A stretch of 62,532 bases of DNA, counting the filler, from Stramenopiles sp. TOSAG23-3 (taxonomy: Eukaryota), in assembly GCA_900128585.1 (NCBI GenBank). It is 3 parts of 3 records of this genome, joined end to end, with 100 filler letters (N's around TTAATTAATTAA, not from the genome) between each part and the next. Parts side by side here need not be neighbours in the genome. Positions count along the whole stretch, not along the records: positions 41,910 to 62,532 come from LT642371.1; 2 more parts are not named here. One strand, 5' to 3'. The notes beneath the pieces are model-generated. The model saw only the letters and a list, made by a program, of their open reading frames with translations, did no database searches and had not been told where the DNA came from. This document shows, piece by piece, positions 47,449 through 56,422 of this stretch. The position numbers and the translations under genes are program-made. Position 1 is the first letter of the stretch, and every line of letters starts with the position of its first letter.

Positions 47449-48186
47449 ATGTTTCACAGCAGTCTTTTAGGAACGTTCCTCCTCTGGTGTTCCCTTTGCA
47501 CTTCTTCGGTAGCTGGGACCAGACGAACCCCAAGGCCATTTGCATTTGGGGACAGGCTAAAAGTAGAGTGTTACTCGGAGGCATCGTTGGCGTGGAAAGG
47601 CATCCCTCCGTGTATAGAAACAGGGCAACCGATCTCCATATTATTTGGCGTAGACAATTTTTTGCAGTGTGGTATCCCCCTGGAATCTTTTGAAGCAGTG
47701 AAAGTTCGCTTGTTGCCTACGGCAACGCAACAACTCTTGTCTTGCCGTATAGCTTCGAGCAAAAAGGATGGGACCTGGATCCCGTTGCCGCTACCGCTGG
47801 CAGGCACTGCTGCCTCCCCATCTGCAAAAGAACTGCACATACAAACGAAGTATAATGTAGTGATCCACGCATCACAGCGGACGGGAAGCAAGGCTGGGCA
47901 CGTTCTAGGTGCCGCGGTCTATCCGGTATACAACAAAGGCACAAATCAATTTGCAAGGAAGGGGAGCACCCTCTCCTTGCAAGGAAAAATTCGGTGGTTC
48001 CGTCGGGAATCTTTCATTGGCTTTAGCAGCAGATCACGCGATGCAGCAGTAGTGTATTCTGGAATTTCGATCAGTCATCTGTTTGGCTTTACGTCCTTCG
48101 CTGTCGTTCTAGTCGTGTTGGTTGCTGTTTTCTGCTTTGCTCGTGAATCTCAGAAAATCCGCAAAAAGTTCTTTAAGGGAAGGTAG
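47449..48186 (+). CDS. Uncharacterised type-I membrane protein (signal peptide, Cys-containing luminal domain, C-terminal TM, basic tail)
   Basis: 245-aa ATG-initiated ORF with a hydrophobic N-terminus, TM FAVVLVVLVAVFCFA and a KKFFKGR tail. Confidence 0.7.
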   Translation: MFHSSLLGTFLLWCSLCTSSVAGTRRTPRPFAFGDRLKVECYSEASLAWKGIPPCIETGQPISILFGVDNFLQCGIPLESFEAVKVRLLPTATQQLLSCRIASSKKDGTWIPLPLPLAGTAASPSAKELHIQTKYNVVIHASQRTGSKAGHVLGAAVYPVYNKGTNQFARKGSTLSLQGKIRWFRRESFIGFSSRSRDAAVVYSGISISHLFGFTSFAVVLVVLVAVFCFARESQKIRKKFFKGR

Positions 48187-48519
48187 AAAGAGGTTAGTTC
48201 GGGCGCACGCAAATAATCCCGAGGAAGGAAGGGGCAGACGCAAGAGTCCTGCCCTGCACCCATTTTTGACCCGGTTTTTTTAACCAAGGAAATTTTTAGG
48301 TCGTTGAGTTTCTTAAATTTCAAATTAGTCGAATTTGAGATTTTTTTAGAATTTTTAAAAGTTCTTAATTTACTTTTTTTAAATTATATCATAGGAAGGG
48401 GACCAGAGCATCGCCAGCAGACCGAGATCCCAATTAGCCCGCCGCAGAACCACAACCACCACAATGCATACCGAATCCTCACCATCGCAACAGAACTTAC
48501 AAAACGCCGATTATGCCCA

Positions 48520-48950
48520 CCGATCCATACGACCCTCTCCCGACAACTCAACTCACAAATGACAATTCCCTGACTGGTTCACAAGACAGACAACGAGCAC
48601 CTTTAAAACATTCACGCCGCTGCTTGGTTAACCACGCAAGGAATGATTCACCTATGAGTGGGACATCGGATGAGGAAGTTGATTATGGGTCTCCTGACAT
48701 CGACGCAATCACACTGATTCGGATCATGCATGGAGTACACAAAATGGATTAGTCAAGACTAAAGTGGTAAGGGTATATTGATAACGAAAACCACAACAGT
48801 AGAGATCATTTTTTAATTTAATGTAAACCGCAAATTTGTCTAAATCTAGAGTTTTAGTTCGCAGTACATTAATTTTAATTATCATATTCCAATTTTCTTG
48901 TGTTGTTTTTACTTGAAGCTTAAAATAATAGCCAATTTTTCGTTTTTTTA
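48520..48950 (+). repeat. Longest + strand copy of the dispersed repeat family
   Basis: TCCCTGACTGGTT.ACA.GACAGACAACGAGC.CCTTTAAAACATTCACGCCGCTGCTTGG is nearly identical to 62156-62217, followed by the DEEVDY module, the TCGCAGTACA module and a degenerate 26-mer. Confidence 0.9.
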
Positions 48951-49002
48951 ATTAATTCCATGCAAAATTAAAATGAATATTTTTAATAAAAACGTTTTTG
49001 TG

Positions 49003-49105
49003 CGAGATACCGGGTGAAGAATTGGACTACGGTTTGATTGGCATCGTTGGAAATTCAAAAAGTATGTAAGAATTATCAATTCTGATCATGCATGGAGTAC
49101 ACAAA
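49003..49105 (+). repeat. Diverged partial copy of the same repeat family
   Basis: Encodes EIPGEELDYG; contains GATCATGCATGGAGTACACAAA identical to ~48722. Confidence 0.75.
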
Positions 49106-49186
49106 GAGTAATTCTTACAAATAGTGAAGACGAAATGGCAGGAGTAAATTGGTTAAGAAAACCACAGTAGAAATAAATGCGCGGCA

Positions 49187-52156
49187 TCACAGGGCCAGCA
49201 GGATACAAGACAAACAGACACGGCTTTTGAACTCATCTCCACACTTTGTAGTGACTGTTTCTGGGCACGTTCGGCCCGAAGCATTCTTGTAAGAACAGCG
49301 ACCACAGACGACGAGTCCACAATAGAAACAGTGGTATTGGCATATAATGGTCTCTCCCTTGTCAAATCGCCCCCCCCCCCGCATAGGAAACATGGTGGGG
49401 AGATGGAAGCGTTTGCCCAAAAGAGAAGAGATGCCTTGCTGTTAAAAGACTTCTTTTGCCGTGCTAACTCTAACTTTTTTTGCCGAGCGTTGTACACACC
49501 AACCGCCGCATCATAACTGATGGTGTCCATTTCTATCTCCGTGTCATCTATTACTGCACCGTTAGAAACCAGCAATGCCAGCAGCCACGCACCCCATTGC
49601 CCAGTGCTGGTTTCGTAATCTGGTTTTATATTGTCTATCATTCTGGATCCCGACTTGTCCTGGGTATTTATATCCCCTCCGGCATTCGCAAGGATGGCAA
49701 TAGTTGTGACATCGTAGCCCGCAGCCGCATAAAACATAGGCGTTCTCCCATACACGTCCAGGGGATCTATGGTGCATACAGCACCACGGCCACGGGAAGC
49801 CCACGCCGTGGCGATCCCCGCCGTCGCAGGAGTAAACAGCATCAGGCCTAGCACAGGTACATGTTTCTGGACAACCGCAATGTGGAGTGCTGACAACCCA
49901 CCGTGTACAAAATCTTGCTCCAGGCCACCACAGCATTCGGTAAAATTTGCACCGTACATTAGCAGCAGCTTCGTAAAAACATAGTCGCCTCTGTAAACAG
50001 CAACGTGCAGTGGCCTCCACCCATATTTATCTGGCAAACACGCGTCGGCACCAAGCTCAAGGAGCGCCTGGCCAGTCCGTAAGGCTTCGTCCCGAATTTC
50101 CTCTTCCCGGATCTTTACCTGTTCTTCTTCGGCCACAAAATCCTTTATATCTTGCTCTGAAAGCGTTCGGGACCGGTATGTTCTCCTCCGCCCAATCAAT
50201 TCAACGTCCTGTCGAGTGGATATCGACGCCACGAAATGCAAGGGGCTTCTACCAAACTCATTGGTCAAGTTCACACGTGCTCCGTAGGCGAGCAACAACT
50301 TTACCATTTCCTCGCTCCCGGACGCAACGGCTGCGTGCAAAGGCATCCAGTAGTTACTATTGGGGTCAGCGCATACACTTGGAATGGTTCCAAAAACGTC
50401 CCCACCTCCTACGCGGCGGGCAACGACAGAGGCCAGGTCCCGCACCTCGTAGTCTTCATCCCCGACCGCCTTGGCCGCTTCTTCTTTAGCAGCCTCCGCG
50501 CACGAATGCTCCAATTGGGAAATCGATGCGCCTCTGAGGATCGCCGCATGGACGGCATGGATGTCATTGTTTGCAATGGCCGCCTTTAGGAATATTTCCT
50601 GCGACTTTTGAATTTTCTGCTTGAATACTGATCCTTTCGATTTTCTCCCGATAGGTGGACTTCCAGTCGTGGCATCACGAGTTTGACCAGCGAGTTTGTT
50701 CGACAGGTGAATAGATTGGACGAGAAGCCCTATGTCACGACTTTGAGCAATGGAACGAAGGGTCGATCGCCCACCCAATAATTCGGTGCTGTCGCCACGA
50801 GACAATGTCTTGGGCGCCGGGCGAGGGTTCATTCTGCAGTGCTCTTTACTAAACTCAACGGAAACGTTGTGAGGAAGTGAGCACTCCACTGCTGGTCTCG
50901 CATCAACTGCCCACAGCTTTACGCGATCTTCCAAACTGTTCTGCGGCCACGACACTCGCTGCAAGAGCCATTTTCTAGCAACCTGCACGATGTCTGGCAG
51001 AATATTCGTATTTCTTAGCACTTCGTTTTCTACATCAACAGGATTTGTCCCATTCCTAAGGAGCACAGACACGCAGGCTTCACTGTTGGCAACGGCCGCC
51101 AGTTTCAATGCCCCCGTGTCTGCAACGGCACCCAAATCAAGTAGGCACTCGATCGCAAGCACGTTTCGTTCCGAGGCAGCAATGTGGAGAGGGGAGAGCC
51201 CCATGTTGTTCCGCTTGTCGATGGGCAAGTCAAAGGCACAGGCGGCCCTGACCATTGCATGGGAGCACTCGTTGCTCGTTGCACCAAAAGATGCGGTAGC
51301 GATATGTACAATACTGTTTCCGAACATGTCGACCGTGCCAGGTTCACAAACAGCCTTAAAATCGTGCGCAACAACAGTGGCACCTTCTTCAATACCCAAG
51401 AAGTACCGAAAAGCCGCGAAATCGCCGCACATGGCAGCCAAATGCAACGGGCTGACTTTTGCGCAACATTCCGAAAAGAGGATATCATCCTGGTCTATTT
51501 CATTACTATTCACAAGTTCAGTCAGAACGTACACTAGTGGATCACCAAACTTACAAAACAATGGCGTCTCACCTGGCACCTGACTCGAGTTCTTAATGAC
51601 AAGTGTTTCAATAAAGGCTTCCAGATCCTGATCCCTGGGCCATGAATCAAACTGCTCCGTCATTGCTTCAGAGAAGAACTTATCTGAGCTTCCGACAACC
51701 GTTTCAATCAGCTGCGGCAGTGTGCAACCCCCGAAACCACAACCGTGCAGGATCTTTAATAATATTTCTAGCACATATTTGTGACTCTTTGTGGGGGTAT
51801 AGCATGTCTTAAACCCAGGGTAACCATTTGAATATCGAACCAAAGAGTCCAGTGCCTTTGCCACCCCCTCCACTCCCCGCCTGGACGCCCCAAACCAAGT
51901 GTTCAGCCAACGTTTGTACGGGTACGTTTCTCGTTCACGGGGGAACATAACACTGGCGTTGGGTTGTTCATCTTGAGACCCCTCCCCCCCCCCCAATGTT
52001 TATACGAGAAATACGAGCAGACATCTGCCAATACATACGGAAGAGCCGGAGAAATTGGTGTTCACTATATACATTTTCTAAAAGCACATTTATTGTAGGG
52101 CTTCCAGCAATGTCGAAAGCAGAGTCCTCCTCCACGCCGGTGGTGGTCCAACTCAT
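49187..52156 (-). CDS. Ankyrin-repeat protein with a C-terminal FYVE-like Zn finger; two homopolymer frameshifts (51984-51994, 49370-49380)
   Basis: Many G.(S/T)PLH.A ankyrin repeats. ORF 49187..49420 supplies YHCFYCGLVVCGRCS...RVCLSC after CFLC. ORF 51968..52168 supplies the ATG (MSWTTT). Confidence 0.75.
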
Positions 52157-53112
52157 GCCTTTCTCCAACTATTATTGTTTGTCTATGAAGACAATTTGGT
52201 AACTTCACACTACCGCTTTGAATATATTAAACACACTTGAATATTTTACTGTTAATTACAACTAAATCCATTCCATACACTAACAGTGACAGAAACTATG
52301 CTAACATTGAAACTGATTAAAGACGGAATCTAGATTTGCGATTTTTCTTATTTCACAGAAGAATAATTATTATTATGATATTATATTATAATAATTATTT
52401 ATTATTATATATTTATTTATTATTATTTTTATTAATAATCAAACACAACCTCTCTACACCTACGTACCTGCCCTCTCACATGATGATGCGATCATCTGAA
52501 GGAATGCTACCTACCGTATACTATTGTTGCAATATTGCCGCCCGATAATAAAATAGTGTTTTAATTTCCCTTAAACTGAAACTATGATCAATCAGTGGAA
52601 AAAAAGCTGGCAAGGAAGGAAGAATGTGATTAATAATAATTACAGTAATTATTAGTCTATTGCGAACAATAGTCGTCTATTATTATTACATTACAGCAGC
52701 TATTTAAATTTAAAAAAAAAAAGTGGAGGAATACGTATACAGTACTGTAATATAAAAAAAAAATAATAAAAAAACAATACTAATACTGAACAGTCAAAAC
52801 ACAAAAAAAAAATAGTAGTGTAAACTAATATCAAATAGATAATACATTAATCCTTAAATATAATTTTGTTAACGTTATATAAAACAACAACAACACGCAC
52901 AAAAAGAACAACAACACGCACGCACGACTTCTATTGACGACTTTCAACTATTGATACCTTCGTACTATGACGAAATGATGCACTACACTTAGCCATTTCC
53001 TGAAATGGAACACAAAAGTAGACAACATTATTCTGTTTTTACACGTTCACCCATCCAGACACCCAAACACAAATTAGAAAAAATTTAGACTCCGCATTTG
53101 TTTTTTCTAACA

Positions 53113-53730
53113 ATGAAAATTCTTTCCATTGCCATAGCACGACTAACCGCCCAAGAACGCCAGGCGGCGGAAGCAGACCCGACGATATTGGGGCAAGTGT
53201 ATGAGGTCTCTGAATTTGGCTTTTTTCAAAGGGGTGGGGTGCGTGAGATGTTGACATTTTTTACACGGACCTTTGTGAAGCGCACGGGGCCTGGAAAACG
53301 GCAATGCGTAGAGCACGAAGGCTACCTTTGCCACGTTCAAATGAAGGCCGACGGCCTAGCGATGTGCGTCGTTACGGATAAAGAGTACCCTAGTCGCGTT
53401 GCCTTCAGTATGGTTGCCGATATACTGCGAAAATACGAGGAAACCACCGGGAAAATGTGGCAGACATCTGTGGCGAATTCGTTTGACACATTTGCTCCTC
53501 TGACAGAGGCCATCCAAAAGTACCAAGATCCTAATGAAGCGGACAAAATATGCAAAATACAGAAAGAACTCGATGACACCATGAACGTTATGCACAGCAC
53601 GATCGATAAAGTTTTGGAGCGTGGGGTCAAGCTGGACGATTTAGTGGAGAAGTCAAAAGATTTGTCGGGGCAATCTAAGATGTTCTACAAGACCGCTCGT
53701 GATCACAATAGGTGCTGTATTGTCATGTAG
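53113..53730 (+). CDS. YKT6: R-SNARE YKT6 (longin domain, SNARE core, prenylation motif)
   Basis: FGFFQR..V.E, D.EYP.RVAF, KYQDP.EADKI.KIQKELD, VLERG.KLDDLV.KS, C-terminal CCIVM. Confidence 0.96.
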   Translation: MKILSIAIARLTAQERQAAEADPTILGQVYEVSEFGFFQRGGVREMLTFFTRTFVKRTGPGKRQCVEHEGYLCHVQMKADGLAMCVVTDKEYPSRVAFSMVADILRKYEETTGKMWQTSVANSFDTFAPLTEAIQKYQDPNEADKICKIQKELDDTMNVMHSTIDKVLERGVKLDDLVEKSKDLSGQSKMFYKTARDHNRCCIVM

Positions 53731-53869
53731 ATGCGGTGCATCAGGTAAGATCGACGGACAGGTGCCTTGTAGTTTGCTGCGACTCGTCCAAGACACGAAG
53801 CAGATTTGCCTTTGTAAATAAATACCCGCAATCAGAAACTTCAAAAAAAACCAAATTTTTTATATATAG

Positions 53870-54372
53870 TATGCTTTAAGACTCTCATTTCATTAGTTTT
53901 TTAATACCATTTCAGTTCCAACTCTAAACTTAAAATTCGTTAGTTGTCGATCACTAAAAATATTCAAAAAAGAAAAAAAAAATATATAACATAATATGCT
54001 ATATATTTTGGGTTTAACATAATATGCTTTATCATACTATATAATTTGTTTTTTTAAAACATAATATGCTTTAAAAACAAGAAAAATTGGCTGTTATTTT
54101 ATAGTAGTAATTAAAATTAAAGAAAGAAGAAGGTGTCAGTTCAAGAACAATATCTCCTCCTATTGCAGATCCTCCCCAAGTTCTAAAAGTACACAGCGGC
54201 ATAAATGTTTTAAAGGGGCTCGTTGTCTGTGGTACTGCTCAATGAATTAATGATCGGTATTGAGCTTGATTGCTTTAAGACTCAATTATTACGAATTTCA
54301 GTTCCAACCCTAAACAACCTAAAATGGATTTTTTAATTTGATTTTTTTAATTTCGTTAGTTGTCAATCACTA
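53870..54372 (-). repeat. Minus-strand copy of the dispersed repeat family with a local duplication of its upstream module
   Basis: Reverse complement contains CAGACAACGAGCCCCTTTAAAACATT.ATGCCGCTG, AGAACTTGGGGAGG and the 26-mer (54073-54099). TTTCAGTTCCAAC.CTAAAC...TTCGTTAGTTGTC.ATCACTAA occurs at both ~53910-53957 and ~54297-54372. Confidence 0.85.
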
Positions 54373-54479
54373 AGGAATTGTTTATATTCCAATGAACAAT
54401 TACTACCAAGTGATAATGTTTCTTTTCTTGTTAAAGGTGATCTATACTCAACAAATCGACCCGATTAAAGTCCCTGATA

Positions 54480-54917
54480 ATTTTAAGAGACTTTTGCGAG
54501 TAGATCACTTCTTCGTCAGAGTCACTTGGAGAATCAATCGTCCCTTTATTACCAAAAATCGAACAGCGGCTAGATTTGTTTTTTTATTGCCTGGATCTGT
54601 GCGTCTCTTTTGATGTTTGGGGGGGGTAGATTATCAGCGTCTCTGAAATTTGGTCCAAGTTCCGGAAAACCCGGCCGGGGAAGCACTCGGTTACACTCAG
54701 CGGAGGAAGCTGTAGAATCCATTTCCACATCATCCCTAGAGTTCAAACGGCGGCTAAATTTGTTTTTTGTTTTGCCTGGATCTGTTCGACTCTTGCGATG
54801 TTGGGGGGGATACATTGTCAGCGTCCGTGAAGTTTGGTCCACGTTTTAGAGACTCCGCCAGGTGATTCTCTCGTTTAGACTCATGGGAGTTGTCTGTAGA
54901 ATTCATTTCCACAATAA
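54480..54917 (-). repeat. Degenerate ~183-nt tandem repeat with coding character, distantly related to the dispersed family
   Basis: GCGGCTA.ATTTGTTTTTT...TTGCCTGGATCTGT...TCAGCGTC..TGAA.TTTGGTCCA at ~54566 and ~54750; CTGTAGAAT.CATTTCCACA at ~54710 and ~54894. Confidence 0.85.
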
Positions 54918-55094
54918 TATATTCATTTGTTTTTTTATAATTGCTTTCTTCTTCATACCCTAAGTATATCTATTATTTGAAAACAAAACATTATTGAGAT
55001 AAAAGCTTATTCAAATTGAGGAAGATTTAAACTAAGCACCACAAACAGTTCATTTATTAAGGCAATAGCCCCCTAGGACAACCCCATGTGTCTA

Positions 55095-55709
55095 TTACTC
55101 CACCTTTTCCCTTTTGCTGCTCCTACTTCCCAGGCAGTAAAAGTACAAGACGCAGAAAAGGAAAAACGCACCAAGTAAATTCGGCGTGACATTGTTGAAC
55201 GCCATCTCCACCGTGAGTTGTTTGCTTCTCCACGTCTCCTTTCCTGTTTTAACGAATTCATGATGGTACCAGCCGCCACATGTGAAAAACGGCTCGTACG
55301 GAAAGTATCGCAGATTCATCGGATTGAAAAATATAGCACTCACATGCGCGGTCAGTATCGTCCCCTCTCGCGTCGTATTGTGAAAATTAAGGTTGGAAAT
55401 AAAATGCTGCGAGCTTCCGAAAAACTGAAATACGCCCTTTAGCCAAACCTTTATTTCTGGAACGGTCCCCTTCCTGCCGCCCGACGCTCTGTAGTCAATA
55501 TTTGCACCCTCTGCAAATAAACTTTCAAAATCAGTATCAAACTTTCTCCGATCGATGACATGCGCGTATTGCGAAAACCAGTCCGAAATTGCAGCCCTAT
55601 CACCCGTCGTCAATTCCTCCGAGTTTACTTCCGCAGCGGACAGCACAGCCACGGCGACAAGTGCCCCAAGTATGTGCAATAACTTGCTCTTGGTGTACAT
55701 CATGACCAT
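55095..55709 (-). CDS. SnoaL/NTF2-like domain protein with a signal peptide and C-terminal TM helix
   Basis: DR.AI......YA..ID...FD....LF......DY...GG..G....I..WL, SQHFISN, GGWYHHEFV.T...WR match the SnoaL_4 pattern. Confidence 0.8.
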   Translation of the reverse strand: MVMMYTKSKLLHILGALVAVAVLSAAEVNSEELTTGDRAAISDWFSQYAHVIDRRKFDTDFESLFAEGANIDYRASGGRKGTVPEIKVWLKGVFQFFGSSQHFISNLNFHNTTREGTILTAHVSAIFFNPMNLRYFPYEPFFTCGGWYHHEFVKTGKETWRSKQLTVEMAFNNVTPNLLGAFFLFCVLYFYCLGSRSSKREKVE

Positions 55710-56072
55710 CTGGGTGTTCTTACAAAAGTATTTGTGCTGAAGATGAAGTAGATAACTAATGATTATCGGGCTTTATCAGCATTAAAAGTGCAATACTTCA
55801 TAGCATATTCTTCTCGTCGGGTGCAAAGAAAAGGAAGATAGAAGTGGTGACTGCGGGACTGTATGTACAAAACGAAAAACAAAAACATTGTACTTGTAAT
55901 GTAATTGCCTATATCAATTGGTATAGTGAAAATAAAATAGTTTGTTAAAATAATGAGTGTTTTCGTCATTTTACCTGCTATTCAATATTATTTTTCGTTA
56001 CACTAACTCGCTGCTCATATATATTTAAAAAAAAAAACATTCATCAGTTTATCTATCGAAATTAAAAAAGTT

Positions 56073-56098
56073 AAAAACAAGAAAATTGGCTGTTATTT
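56073..56098 (-). repeat. Solo terminal 26-mer of the dispersed repeat family
   Basis: AAAAACAAGAAAATTGGCTGTTATTT is the exact reverse complement of 18674-18699. Confidence 0.85.
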
Positions 56099-56422
56099 AA
56101 AAAGTTATAAGAGTACGACCACTGAAATTTCCAATTCGTCCTTTCCTTGCTATGTAATTTGTTTTTGTCCCCTAAAATTTTACTTCCTTCTTGCGGCATT
56201 TACCTCTAAATTATAAAGTAAACGTTTCCATTTGATTGTAAACCACTCAGGTTAATTTCCTTGGCTTGGACGGGCTTCTACGCCCCCCTCCCCGTCGCTT
56301 TTTCGGGATCTTTGCGAATGTGGTGGCAGCTTTCCGGGAACTGAACAGCCCCCCGGGCGTCGAGTCATTATGAACTCGCTGCCCTTTCTAAAGTACTACG
56401 AAGTATTAAATACCGGCACAAT

